Below are positions 15,060 to 30,479 of a stretch of DNA of 64,000 nt, piece by piece (positions within the stretch are counted from its first letter, which is position 1; each line of letters starts with the position of its first letter). The notes under the pieces are model-generated. The model saw nothing but the letters and a program-made list of their open reading frames with translations, did not search any database and was not told where the DNA came from. The stretch comes from Octopus vulgaris (Eukaryota), in NCBI GenBank assembly GCA_951406725.2, contig OX597816.1:89404001-89468000 (forward strand), written 5' to 3'. A program made the position numbers and the translations under genes.

Positions 15060-16400
15060 CATTCCCCAGTTAACCTTCACTGTCTCAAACAACATTCCAG
15101 CAATAAATGAAACCAAATATTTTTCTGCAGTAGACACTGATAGATTCCTCGCCCTTGTTGTGAAGGAATAGACAACAACTTGCATCCTCTACTTGAGAGA
15201 AAATCTTTAAATTCTGGCTATGCACCCAAACATTGCTTATCCCATTCTCTCATCCCAGTTTTCAAAAGGAAAACCAGGTCTCTTGCAGTTAACTCTCAAC
15301 TTGTCTCACTTATCTCTCATAAGACCAAATTATTTGAAAGGGTGGCGGGTTCAATAAAAACTGGTCACCTAAAGACTAACTAATTTCAACCAGTATAACT
15401 TTCGTTGCGGCAGAGATTGGCTTACGCAGCTTCTACAACACTTTGATAACTTCCTTAAAGTTTTGGGAAGACCTCAAATACTCATCCTATATATCTCACT
15501 TTATCAAACGTCCTGCTACTAAAAGTGTCCAACACTAGAATCCACGGAAAACTGCTGCACTGGATCAAGTGAATAGAACCTCACATGTTGTGATCGATGG
15601 AATCCATACAAGCCCGGTAAAATTCACCAGTAGTGTTCCCCAAGGAATTGTATAGGCCCACTTCTCTTCATAGTATATATGTACAGTAAATACGCCTATT
15701 CGCAGATGGCTCCAAGCTTCAGAGATTTATCAGTGGAGAAGACAGAATAAAACTCCTGTGTAATCTGTAAGTCAAGGAGCAGGGAGAACAACATATTGCT
15801 AAACGTGGAAAAATTTGAACTCATGCACTTTGGAAAAGAAAATGTACTCAAACAACCATACTCTCTTCCTTCAGGAGAACTGCTTATGACATCCAACAAT
15901 ATCAGAGATTTAGGAGTAATTGTTGACAACAACCCTAGTTAGAGCCTTAACATTAACAATAATGTTGATATGGCTCGCAAGATGGGCTCTTAGACTCTCA
16001 GAGCTTTACAGTAGAGAGAGTCAGAAGTCGTCAACAACTCCCTATTCTGTTTGTTTCTCTAGTCACACCTTGAATATTGTTGCCCCCTACGGTCACCGCA
16101 TTCTAAACACAATTATGAGGAATAAGCAATTATAAAAAATAATTAATGGCATGACTGATTTTAATTATTGAAAATCTATTCCCTCCAACATCGCTGTGAG
16201 CAGTGTATCATTTGCAAAATATGGGGGAAATATCAACAGCACTGCCCAGATTATATTAGTATTAACATCTAAACTTTAAGATCTAATGGCATACACCCCT
16301 TTCACAATTCAGGCTCACAAAAGATAGCCACATTCCAACACAATAACTTTTCCTTAACAACCCCTGCTCTTTTAAATATTACCCCCAAAACAACATCTAC
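15060..16400 (+). mobile_element. Decayed CR1/L2-group LINE reverse transcriptase fragment
   Basis: LIPVFK..RSLAVN..VSLISH..KLFERV; LTQLLQHFD; GKLLHWIK; SSVPQG..GPLLF; LFADGSKL; NVEKFELMHFG. Confidence 0.85.
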
Positions 16401-16429
16401 CTACTTGACTGGGTTATGGCACCACAGAA

Positions 16430-16519
16430 GTTGACTTTAAAATCATTTCACAGTTTGCACTATTAAGTTTGATACGGCCTGAACCAATTTTGGCGGAAAC
16501 ATTTCTAAATTTACATTAA

Positions 16520-16567
<48 letters not shown>

Positions 16568-17434
16568 GCGTGTGTGTGTGTGCATGTATGTAAATATATG
16601 TATATATGTAAATATGTATGTATATATGTGTGTGTGTGTGCATGTGTGTGCATATGTATATATAAATGTGTAATGATACGGCCTGAACCAACTTTTGGCG
16701 GAAACCGATTTCTAAATTTACATTAAATAGATATATGTTCTGAAGTTCAAATAAGGCCGAAATTTTTCGAAAACTTCGATAATTCTTAGTTGGCATCGCT
16801 TTTTGTGAGCTCAATCGAGCGTTTCAATGGAAATTCCCATAACGATGGTATTTTTCCTGCAGCTTTTGCATTTTCTATCCGATTTAGATGAAAATCGATG
16901 AGTAAGCGAGGCTCATGGCAATGAGCTGATATCAGTATATGGCGTTGACAAAAAATAGATAATTGTGCCTGAGCAGTGGTTTTATAAAATCAATAGGCTT
17001 TTGCAAGCAAATGCCCATAGGGATTTTATTTTTGGCCGTAACTTTTATAATTTTTATCCGATTTTAATGAAATTTGAGATGTAGGTACATGGATTCTTTT
17101 TTTATGCCATAACCTTAACAATTTTCTTCGGCTTTTGCTGAGATTGGACACGCTGATCAATTTTGTACAGAGGGCGGCATTAACGGGAGAGAAATAAACA
17201 AACATCACTCTCAACGGGTCGAGGTACACCCAAAAGTTTGACTGCGATTTCAGGCGGTCCAGTATGTAGGGGTATGTCGAAAGCGTTAACGGGGTAAAAT
17301 CCCTGCAGAACTAGATATAACATCTTAATGGGTAGTAGTTGGCACGGGGAACGTAGATTTCAAAACAAGGTCAGTGATGGGCTTAATTTCAAGACGGAAA
17401 ACATGAGCAACGCCGCGTCCAACAGCTTCGCTAG
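16430..17434 (+). mobile_element. Non-autonomous Helitron-like element
   Basis: 3' end gagcaacgccgcgtcc...gctag resembles the GC hairpin + CTAG Helitron terminus; boundaries approximate. Confidence 0.45.
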
Positions 17435-17618
17435 CCTCTGCACGCTTTTTTTTTCTCTCCTTTCTGTGTTTCTTCTCTGTGTATCTTTCTGTTGAAGAGC
17501 GTAGGCTCGAAACGTAAAAGACTTGTTTTATTTATATTCCTGAGCGCCATCCTAATACAATTGTTTGTTTGTATTCCACTTGCCTTCGTCTTTTGCTTAT
17601 TTTCATAAAGCTTCTCGT
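17435..17618 (+). mobile_element. Same family, minimal HHR-like motif at 17484-17521, ending at (TA)n
   Basis: tcttt-ctgttga-a-gagc-gtag-gctc-gaaa-cg-ta-aaaga; downstream cctgagcgccatcctaatac. Confidence 0.75.
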
Positions 17619-17772
<154 letters not shown>

Positions 17773-19099
17773 TTCAAATTGTGCTATTAATATATTTCAT
17801 GAATTTAAATAAAATTGAATATTAACATGTATTTGTCCTTATAACATTTTGAATTAGATATTTATGAAAATAAGCATTTATATTAATCATAAATACCATT
17901 TTATGCTTTTAATAATATTCCTTAATATTTATAAATAGTTTTAATTTGGAATATAAATCACCAAATATTAAAATTAATTTTCATTAATTTAATAGCTTAT
18001 GTATTTTACTTTCCTTTCATATTTGTGTTGATAGCACATTGAGGCAAGAGGCATTCGATTTAGAAAATGCTAAACATAAAGAACCCAAGCAGTGCTGAAA
18101 TGCTGAAACAAAAACTTAAATATTTTAATTGATAACTTATTCATCTTTCATATCTAAGTAAAATATTACGAATGTACATAAAAGTTTGTAATATTTTTCC
18201 CTCGGTATAATTACAGTTTATTGAATTATGCCAAATACTAGAGATATTTCTTTTGATAATGTAATATAATTGTTTGGGGCATATTGCCTGTATTTGAATG
18301 AATTAGGAGGACAATTGAAGATTGATTGAAACAACTATAATTGCGTTTTATGTCTTTTGTCATTACATATTAGAAGCGGATATTTCTATATCAAATGTTG
18401 TTAATTGTCGTTACTTTGAAGTAAAGTACATTGCAGAATATAAATGATTTCTGTTCTTAAGAAGAGACAATTGTAAGAATGGACCCAATCAAAAAACATG
18501 TGCAATGATCTTAAATGTTTGCCGCTACTTCTCTTTGTTCGGCAGTTTCAACGATCTTAAAGCTATGCTTAGAAGACATCGCAATTGTCTTTACATGACA
18601 AGAATACCAACACAAATAAAGGAGGGACAGTGATGTATTCGGTATCATATCACATTGGAGGATATTCGTGGTTTACAAGAAATTGAAGGTCACGTTGATA
18701 AAACTCGATAATTGTTGAATGGTTTTTTTGGATGTACAAAATGGTTTTCAAATAAATAGAATATCACACCCATTAACATATTTCTATTTGCCTATGTATG
18801 TTACATGTGCAAATATACTCGGTGACACCATACAAACAAGAGAAGACGAGAATAATTTATTTTTAAAAAATCATTTATTTATTAAAAAATCAATTAACTG
18901 CACAACATATTAGTATACTCTCTAAAGAACTCAAATCCACATATATTAGTATAACCATGCATAGTATACTTTCTAAAGAACTCAAATTCACGCAACTACA
19001 ACGAAATGTGAGACGACGTTTCTTAATTAAGACTCAAAGAAGAATTGTGCGACAAGAAAGACTATGATGAATCGATGGTAAAAATACAACAGCAGCTAC

Positions 19100-21240
19100 A
19101 ACTCACCAAATGGTAAGAACAAAACCGTCGACAATTTCAATAAATATATTTTCATTTACCCATTACAGTACACACACAAACAAAAAGACAAACTGAACTT
19201 CAGCTGGAATAAATGGGACGCTTGAAAAATATTTATAAAATTAAAAAACATTTTAAAGAAATAACAGTTACAGAGGCCGTTAAAGGAAATGCAGTAGTCT
19301 TAATGAATATAGAATATTATGAAAACTTTGTGTTGTCCATGTTAAAAGACTATGCATACTCTGAAAAGATCCAAAATTACAGTCAACAAAAAATAATGTG
19401 AAAACTAAGAATATTAATACACATATATCGAGGACCCACCGACAAAGGCTATGATTGTATTACCAAATTCAGATGTAAACCAAGCTTCTTATATGACATA
19501 CCAACTGTTAACGGAAGTAAAGTTATGAGTTGAGCATGCAAAGCCGCCACTGTTATATACATCAATATCTCCTCACCAAATCTGAAATTGAGACGGATTA
19601 CAACTGGTCCGATATGTGAAGGCAACTGTATGAGCAATTTCTTAGATACCCTGCTAAAGCCATTCTTCATGCTTATCAGAAATTTCATATGAGATGACTC
19701 AGATATATTAAACCACCTCCCGAAAACAGACAACATAGTGAACCATTATTAAAACATCCCTCAGAACTTAAATTCTAGTTGCATAATTATAAATGTGAGC
19801 ACCCCCATCGCATGAAAAACGAATTTATAATAGGACTAAAACTTATTCTAGAAAACAACGATTTTATTCTCAATTATAAAGTTTTCCGACAAAACTCTGG
19901 GACAGCAATGGTGAGGAAACAGCCCCTTCCTTTATGAATTTAGTTATGGGCTACATAGAGATTATGTTGTACAAAAATAGTAGGGATATATGGAACCATT
20001 TTTCTATATACATTCAAGAAAATTAGAAAAGGCACCTCTACAATTGCTTCCTTCTCTGGAATGATATCATAGAATAGCTAAAAGAATTTGAAGCAATCCT
20101 CAGAGGAATTAATAAAAGTATTCCATTCGCAATGGGATATAACCATAATTAACTCCCTTTTTAGATATCTTTTTAAAGAAAGTTAACGATAAAATAGAGA
20201 CGGACATTTACTATAAACTACGGACTCCAAACAATATTTTGCATTCATTTCATACCATCAAAGGCACATCAGAATAAATTTCCTTCATAACCTACCCAAA
20301 ACGATGTAAGCCACCAAGAACTGAAAGATGCACTCCTTAACAGGAATTACCCAAGTCAAGAAATTAAGTATCCAGGGACTACGACAAATAGAACAAAGAA
20401 ATAAATAGGAACTGAAGATCTTACTATACATTTCGACCTACAATACCCAAACTAATGAGGCCTACACCACTATATCCTAAAGCACAGCAATATTAAGAAA
20501 GGGCCCCAAATTGAATCAAATTCTCCAAACATATATCATCATAAATAGTAACATACAACCCAAATCAATGAAAAAAACACTAACGAATGCCTGACATCGC
20601 ACAATAACTGCAAAACGAACAGTAAACGCGCAGAAGACCCAATTATGGTAGGTGCCTTAACTGTTCGTTTTGCAGTTGTTGTGTGATGTCAGGCGTTCGT
20701 TAGTGTTTTTTTCATTGAGTGGAATCTGAAAACTTAATCTATGCAAGAATACGTTCAAGATGTGAAAGACAATACATTGATCTGACGGCAAACGCTTTGC
20801 AACAACGCATGATCCTACATAGATCTCAAAATATGGAAATGCAGTTACTGCATGCAAGTCACACCCATACTTTACGGCTTTACCTCTATATAAATTTAGC
20901 GATAACATAACTTAACGGCAACGCTTCACCAAAGAAATATTCTTCATAAGCTAAGTCCAACCATGTTTAAATTCCTGAGACAGAGAAAGAGAGAAGACAA
21001 TCACCAACTCTACTGCAACCCCTGATAAAACCACCACGACTGCTACTAGTTAGAGGGTCAAGTACTATAGACACTAGCTACTATCGCTAAAGCCTTACCT
21101 GTTGTTCCCTTCACTAACGGCCGATCACTACTGCTACTAACAGCTAGCCACTAAAAATCAGAGTGAGATGAAATACCAGCACAATGATGTCTTTCTGAGA
21201 AAAATATCTTAACACCGATAGGTAATATTATGAAATATTA
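19100..21240 (+). mobile_element. Heavily decayed PLE of a different (Penelope/Neptune-like) type
   Basis: Frameshifted RT remnants: EAVKGNAVVLMN (ADKG motif), ITTGPICE..SNFLDTLLKPF, QNSGTAM..PSFMNLVMGYIE, LPFLDI..IETDIYYK. Confidence 0.8.
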
Positions 21241-21439
21241 ATTTATTTTCATTTATTTCAATTTATTTTCTTGTTATTTGATCATGACTAGATCGTCTTT
21301 TTAAAATGAACGAAAACAGTGGCATTTTACCTTAAAAATATAAATTCTGTTTTGTTCTTTTTACTTTCATAAAGCATTTTCTTTATATTTTTCAATATAA
21401 AATTTTCGCCTAAAACATCTTAAACTAACCTTTATAATG

Positions 21440-21856
21440 GTACATATCTTTGCCCCTCTGTACCAAACAACACTATCCACTCTGTTATGCTTATATTTGA
21501 CAGATGTTTTGATGGGAATATTTCACCAATATTCCTTGAGCTGATGTTTATGAGTGTATTCCATAACAGGGATTTTCTAGGTTTATTTCAGGACAGTCGT
21601 TTTTTTCGGATGACATTGCAAATTGTTTTAGCAACAACATCGTGTCGCATAGGGAGGTAGTACCGTGACGACATTTTAGCACAGGTGCTAATCACATGCG
21701 TGATGTCTTCCACAGAAACATGACATAGCCTATACATGCGGTTGCACCTTGGGATTACAAGAGCTACACTGTCTCTCTTGTTCACCAAGTACTGTGCGGT
21801 AGTCTCCTGGATTGCAAATGCACAGCCTTCGAAGTGTGATATGATGTAGTGTGCCT
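21440..21856 (-). mobile_element. R4/Dong-like (restriction-like endonuclease) LINE C-terminal fragment beside (ATAC)n
   Basis: FEGCAFAIQE...RLCHVSVEDITHVISTC...RHDVVAK: CCHC knuckle plus RHD motif. Confidence 0.8.
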
Positions 21857-24800
21857 GTATGTATGTATGTATGTATGTATGTATGTATGTATGTATGTAT
21901 GTATGTATGTATGTATGTATGCATGTATGTATGTATATATGTATGTATGTATATATGTATGTATGCATGTATGTATGTATGTATGTATGTATGTATGTAT
22001 GGATGGATGGATGGATGGATGGATGGATGTATGTATGTAACATACAGTCTAATGGGCAGTTCTACATCTTGTGACTCTCACGCAGCATTTGCTCAGTTTT
22101 TCATTCCCACCCACTTACAATGACCCCTATTGAAGCTGTAGTGACGGAGAAAGAAGATAGAAGCATATCAGAAGCTGACGGATGGACATAGTAGCTTTAC
22201 CAGTATATTCAGATTTTCTCTCATGATACATTTAAAATCACCATTCTGCGATATATAATCGCCAATACACAAACTAGTTGTATATATTATCAGATTATAT
22301 ATACACTCACATATAAACACGCATACACACACACAGACTATATATATATATATATCAGTGTCGAACGGAATTAATGCAGTTACTGATGTTTATATTCAAC
22401 CAATATGAAGATGAAAGACAAACACGACACCGGTGAAATTTGAACTTATACGATAAAACTGCATATATTTAATGTTTTTCTGCAACATTCTACCGTTACG
22501 CTCCAAGAACAACCTTTTCAGTTAATATATATTAATTACGAGAATCTTCTTTAGAAAATACCATATTTCACTTAATGTTTACATCTCCGATTATGTAGAA
22601 ATAGTTGAGTTGGATAAGGTTCTATTGTAGCCGAATTTCATCGATTTAATGCAAAAGATCGGAGATCAAGAGGTCAAGAGTGATGAGAACTTGAGTCTTT
22701 ATAATCACGCCAAGAATTTGACCTCTTCATTTTTGTTTTAAATGTTATATCATAAAATCTGCTCTGCTAGCAGAAGAATGTTTACTTTCCCAGACTGCTG
22801 CTTTTTATCAGCGCATATGAGATTATCAAAAGGTCGATAGACGGGTTGACGGATGAGTGAGTGAACTGTGTTGGCTGTGATGGGTGAAAATGCTTAAACG
22901 AATATTGTTGCTTTCATGAAGACAGTTTTATCATCAGCATTAGCAATTTACTTTTCAATCCCCATCAATATTTAATCAACCTATCGATTTCGATGATAGA
23001 AAATGGAAATGGCGTATCGATCGTTTATCTATTCGAAGGTCAATAGCTACTTTGATTTCTTTGCTCTTACGTTATAGTTAGAATGGGGAATTTCGATAAG
23101 TTTGTTTGCTTGTTTGTTTGTTTGTTTTCAAATTTAATAACTTGGTTTACGCTGTTATCACTGCACATTGAATTATAGAACAATAAAACGGTCCAGTCTT
23201 ATTTATCTTCTTTGCAGATTTTCCTTCAAGGAAGAATGAAGCTGACCAATAATTTGGCAGGCACGTATCTCATTTAGAAAGATAATCGTTTATTGATGCT
23301 TCTATGTGTTATCATTAGTTTAAAATAAGTTATATACAGGTTCGTCAAACTAATCATGATATAGCTGATTATGAATATGATTTATAAGATATAAGTTTTG
23401 CGGTTACTGTAACTGTATTCTCCAGATATCATTGTTTTATACCAAAGGCATCCCAGTTGTGATCTTTTTCAGACCACGTATACCCACCACTATACTATGC
23501 AATGTGTCGTTTTTCATTACACATGGCGAGTTTTGATTTCTGGAATACTTTGCTGTTATTTCTAGCAGATCAAGCGACAACATGGTGACTCGCTCGCTGG
23601 TTTCTAATCAAAGTTATACGAAAGAAGATAAGAAAGTAAAGCAAACTATAAACAGAGTATAATATATTCCCTCAGATTTCTGTCAAGATGCCAGTGGCTA
23701 CGTTGCTGTATTTGTCTCCGAGTTGTGAAATTAATTACTTGTGATATTCTGGGATACTTTTCTTCTACTCATTCATGTTCATCTTATGCATCAGTAATAT
23801 AGATTGTTACTAAGTGATGTTATCTCAAAAAAGAAAGACAAAGCAAAATATATATTCATAATCCAAGCTTTTTTTATTATTAGTTTCGTCTGGAGAAAGG
23901 AGACTGTGCACATTCACAGACCTTCAGAAATCAGCGAGAATTCAAATTAGAAAAACCTTTGCTTAAAATTTTGTAATTGAGACGAGTTCAGGAAAGACGA
24001 ATACTCGGTAGGAATAACAGAAATGCAGCATTATGGGGTGTGTGATGGTTAATGCAATGCCTAGGCTGATGAGCATGCTATCGATGTTAAGAGAAAAGAG
24101 AGACAGGTGAGTCCAATCTATCTGTGCTTGATGTGGAAGAACAGCTAACACGGTGAAACAGACATCGATGTAGTTCCAGTGAAGAAAGAAAGCAATAACA
24201 GCTGTCAGAGGCTAGAGTAAGTTTATGAGTGTCATTATGTCACCCAATCAGGTCTTCTTCCTCTGTATTTGTTCTAGTTTGACTATGTGTTTTGTAAAGA
24301 ATTAGTAGTCAGACCATCAAATAGTTCACAAATCTCTTACTCAAGTAGAAAACTTATATTAGACTATTTAAAGAAAGGCACACGTATTTCTCGCTTCGCC
24401 AATCCAGTTTGCAAAGCGTAAAATATACCGTACTGTAACGGATTTAGTGATCTATCCAAGAAACTGATGGTGTTTGTACTACTCTTTACGATTTCCTATG
24501 AATATCAAACTAATGGACAGATTTGCAATAGTACCGAGACACAGATAATCAGACACAAATACTCACACGTCTACAATATAACACACGCATGTTGAAATAC
24601 ACACACACACACATACACACACATACACACACACATACACACACACACATACACACACATATACATATATATGATGGACTCTTCCGTCGAAGACGACGTT
24701 CAGCGCTTTTGCTGAACAACCTGCACAAATGATTTGTTTATAGTGATCAAGTATATGTGCTGTACATTAGCTCTCTTCCTTCATCAAATCGATGTTGACT

Positions 24801-25956
24801 GAACAGGTGCATGGTTTACCACGCGTCAGATGAAGAAGTGATCGCAAAGCAACGTGAAATGAAATGCTTTGCTCAAGAACAAAACGCACGACCCAGTCTA
24901 GGAATTGAAACCACGATCTCGATCTCGCCTTCATGAGTGTAATACCCTAACCACTTGACGATTCGTGCTCACACACACACACGCACGCACGCACCCACCC
25001 ACGCACATACAAGCACTAGCGCGCGCGTCTGTGTACTCGGAGATGACAGATTAAAAAGAATAGCGTCAGACGACTTAGAATAAGGATCACAGGATAAGAA
25101 GTTTGATAGTTAAGATAATTAATGAATAACCGTGGATCCGACAAAATATATTCGCTTTCACAACAGATTCATTAGGGACGCTGCTTGTTCGATGCAGAGC
25201 TTTTGTAAGATTTGAATCCAAGTATTATGCTCTTCGGTTGATTAATCAAATAACTAAGTTCTGATAAAATCGATTGTTTTCTGCAATTGACATTTGGCAC
25301 ATAATTACGAGTGATAGGAATATTGGTCGTAGAGAAAGTAAGGTTTTAAAGGATCCTAGTGAAATGTAGTTAGTAAGCACGCTTGACAAGAGGGAGCAGC
25401 ATGTATACACAGATGTGACAGGATCAAGGGAATATTACCAGGCCACTTAAAATAAAGTCCTTGCAGCAAGATTTTACAGAAGTAAAGAGGTTGAAGACTC
25501 GAGAGCATACGATGCTAGATTGTAACTCAAAGCCCTACAAGATTCATCGCTGCATGACGGATTAGACAATAAGGTCTTCAAAGATATGTTATAATTGGAG
25601 AAGCAGATTTGTAGGTCACGCCGCGGCATTTGACAGCTGAGGAGTCTATAGGAATTTAGCGTGGACAACTGAAGTAATTAGTTTTATATCCAGTTGCTAT
25701 CTCTTCTATCACTGCTAAACTGCTTTATGATCTGAATTAAATATTCTAAATGACTTGAGATACCAGTCCTGCCTTGGTTTTTGTTGTCCTTTTTCCTCTA
25801 ATATAATATATACCTGCTAATTCGGAAGCCTAGTACGGATCCCTAACTCCAGCCGCAGCTGTGAACTTGGGATCTAACGGATGACCAATTATAGCACTTA
25901 CTCAGCGTACCTCTTCGCTTAGATCACCAGTGAAATAAATGCCTCATTTTCTTTGC

Positions 25957-26009
<53 letters not shown>

Positions 26010-26071
26010 CGTGTATGTGTGTATCATATATATATTCAAACCTTTAGTCAAATTTAGTTCACAACTGTAAT

Positions 26072-26125
<54 letters not shown>

Positions 26126-26149
26126 GTGTGTTTGTATGTATATGTGTGT

Positions 26150-26199
<50 letters not shown>

Positions 26200-26604
26200 A
26201 TGTATGTGTATGTATGTACGCAATCTCACTTAAACACACTCTTGTTAGAGTGAGAGTCGCACGTACATAAGCACACGAAACACATCATCGAAACATCAAA
26301 CGCGGCGAAACACATTTTTGTTTCTCCGGACATCAGTTATTATCGTTTTATTGATTTATATAAGGGTGAGAGTTCGGTTTTGACAGTGTGAAGCTAATTT
26401 ATTGGTCCCCAAGTTATGTTAACAGTCGCAGATCGCTACAAATTTGGCACGGGTCGGGGATCAACAGTCCACTTCTACTTTTGCTTCTTATTACCAGTAG
26501 ACCTTTTCCAACCCGCCCATCATCTGACATCTACATCATACGGAGGCGTGAGGTTCGTGAATGGGGTGATAGCAGGCTGTTAGCTTATAGTATATATAAA
26601 CATA

Positions 26605-26655
<51 letters not shown>

Positions 26656-26898
26656 GTATATATATGTATGTATATATGTATGTATATGTATATGTGTATA
26701 TATATGTGTGTGTATATATATATATATATATAACGAAAAGTGTATATATTCTTTAATAATCTATTACCATTATTTCAAATGAACTGCTATGCTTGCCATT
26801 CGCTTTAACATTCAAAGAGAGAAATTGAACTTATTGTCATGAAATTGACTCCCTTGTAACCTTTATAATCCCGATAACTCAATACTTCTCCCATAGTC

Positions 26899-26992
<94 letters not shown>

Positions 26993-27228
26993 GTATATAT
27001 ATATATACATATATAAGCATTTGTCTTTGTGGACATATGTGGATGTTTCTCTATGTGCGTGTTTGTGCATATACATATATATATATATATATATATACAT
27101 ATAGATAGAGAGATATACTTACATATATTATACTCAAAAATACATACATACGTACGTACGTTGATACATACATAAATAAATCAATACATAGATACATACA
27201 TACATACATACATACATACATACATACA

Positions 27229-27291
<63 letters not shown>

Positions 27292-28004
27292 GGCTGAAGA
27301 GAAATCTGTATACGCACAGGTTTATCATAGTCTCATGTAGTCTACTGTATACAAATGTGAAATAGAACCAAATAAATGGCGCCGTTGCACAGCCACAAAA
27401 TGCACAGGCAATTTATTACGCTTTCGGTTCTTTTTTCTTTGTAATTTTTTAATTTGGTTTTTAAATATATTGATGTGATTTAAGATCAAATTTTGAAATG
27501 TTAACATATGAATAACAAATCTAGAACGCATTCATTCAAAGCATTCGGGATTAAAATTTAGAACACAAGAGAAGCAAAACTAAGTAGAGTGATGCATTTA
27601 TATTAGCACTGTATGCTGTATGTAGTTCGATTGTGTCCACCATTAACTCCATCTATGTGAAGCGATTTATTTGCTTCAGGTATATGACACGTTTCACCTG
27701 CAAACGACTTACGCCTATTGTGACATTGAAAAATATAATACGTATTTATTGCATTAGAGTCTAAGCAATTTAGATAGTGCTAATAATGATTTCTAACAAA
27801 CCTTAAATGTGAAAAAGTCGATTAAATTTACATTAATACTCAACTTGAGCAATGAAGCCAAAGTCGACCAAAGCAGAATTTCCCCTTGCAATCAAAATAA
27901 ATGTACTATTTTGCCAGTTCAGGCAATTTACTATCTATCTAATGGTCAAGCCACAGGCAGGCAGGTAGGCAGGTAGGCAGACAGACAAACAGACAGACAG
28001 ATAT

Positions 28005-28235
28005 ATAAACAAAAGAAAAATTGGAACAAGAACGTAACAGGCAACAACAAAACATTCCGACAGTTAGACGATACAAAAAAAGGACAGGAAAAAACAAGGA
28101 CGGGTCTTTCAGTCGAGTACCGAATCGTCTTTGCAGTTTCGGCCGGTTACTCTCAAGACTGCTCTAATCTGGCCGGCTCTAAGATTATCTAAGCTAAGAG
28201 CACTAGATTCTTTGGAACAAAGCAAGCGAATTGTT
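28005..28235 (-). mobile_element. Repeat carrying a second copy (B) of the permuted hammerhead-like motif at 28105-28178
   Basis: Ungapped alignment to 61169-61243, with compensatory changes in two helices. Confidence 0.75.
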
Positions 28236-29212
28236 TGCAATCCCACTCCCAGCCCCCAATTGTAACTATTTATAAATTAAAATATTGGAGAGCCTGAGAA
28301 CGCCATTGCTGGCATTTAACCATAGTGATTTTTTAAAAATTACGGAGATGTACTTGCCTAGCAATTGATTTGATTTGAGATCGCATGCTAAAACGAAAGC
28401 AATTGCAGCGTGGAAGATGTTTGCAAACCATTCAAAAACACACAAATACCGTTAGTTTCACTTCAACACTAAAACTTCATTTGTGTCAAAATATTTTCGT
28501 CGCTTTCGAACCGCGACCTGGCACGTTACTTTAAAGAAGAATCACCATGAAAGGGTGCGCCACAATATATTTTTTTCTTTTTCCTTTCCGAATTACAAGC
28601 ACAATCCACAATTACCATTCACCCAATTTTACTCACACTCCTTGGTTTCAACCGATATAATGATAAAAGAAAGATAGTGAAGATGTCACATGGTGGGATG
28701 GAGCTCGGGTCCTCTGCATTTAGACATGAACTTCATAACCATGATTTGATCTTGCTTCATACAAGGAGCTTCAAATCTTGACGTGGATAATTAGCACTTA
28801 TTTCCTTTCTCTGCATCTTGCTAGATCTTTTGATCCAAAGCGTTCTATGTTGTTTGCTGTTGTTCTCTCTTAAAATTGGCGTATTCACTTTTGTTGAGCA
28901 TAAAGGAGACGGACCGTTACATAAACACATACATTCACACGAATTTACGCATGTGTGATGTGTGCATGTGTGTGTGTGTGCGTGCATGTGTATATGTCGC
29001 TACATACACACCCACTCATCACACATATACCAATACGAGCGAAAGATACAAATACATGCGCCGGCATGTACTTGTTCTGTTCGATTCACTTCTTTATCTC
29101 TTGAATATTTTCTCGCATATTATACGCACATACACACTAACACCCACATACATACTCACAAACAACCACGCATACACAAACATATATACAAATAAAACAT
29201 ATATAAATATAG

Positions 29213-29269
<57 letters not shown>

Positions 29270-29796
29270 TTATATAGTATATATATATATATATATATGT
29301 TAATTTATGTATGTATGTATGTATGTATGTGTACATTTAACGCTTTCACAAGCACATAGTTAAGTTTGTGCATTTATGTATGTACGTGTATATGTATGTA
29401 TTTAGATCATTATATTCCAGTATATATTTATTTATTCTGGTCGGTGCTGGCATCGATATATTTATTTCTCAGTATTGTCACGACTCGTTCTGTCCATATT
29501 TTTTAACAGACTAATAGCTTTTACAGCGCTTTTTTTATGGAGTTTAACAGTTTTTACATCTGAAGTTAATTTTTGAAATTGATTCACTTGTTAGCGTATA
29601 TACATCTATACATTACACAGACGCACGCACACACATACACACGCACATACACACACACACAAACAGACACACACCCTCACTCACACACACAAACACATAC
29701 ATGCACATATTTGTATCTTTCGTCGTATACGTCTATGTGTGTGTACGTAGCTACATATACATATGCACGCACTGATAAACAAACACACACACATAT

Positions 29797-29876
<80 letters not shown>

Positions 29877-29883
29877 AGATAGT

Positions 29884-29947
<64 letters not shown>

Positions 29948-29987
29948 ATATATACACGCATATATATATGTATATATTTATATATGC

Positions 29988-30049
<62 letters not shown>

Positions 30050-30479
30050 CAGTCCGTCTCCTTTATGGCTTATTCTGTATTTCCCCATTTTTTTTTTTTT
30101 ATTATTCTCTCGAGTACATTTTTTTTTTATACTTGGGTATGGTAGTGGGTATGGCTCTCTATTTTCATTTATCTTTCGAAGTACTTCCATGCTTATGCAT
30201 ATACCAATGAGAATTTATTTACGTATGTACATGATTTTATATAAGTATATACAGGTAGGCGAGTACGTGCGAATGTTATCTGTGTGCACATTTACTTATA
30301 TGTATACTTCCTCAGTTGGTATATATGCGAATTTATTTGGTATTTACTAATATTTGTGCTGCGATGTTTTTTTTTTGTGTGTGTGTATGTGTGTGATATT
30401 ATTTATTAGCAGTTTCTAAACAGTTTTCTCACCGTTTAAATTGTTGACAACTACATCGGTTTTTTTTTCTTTCAAATTG

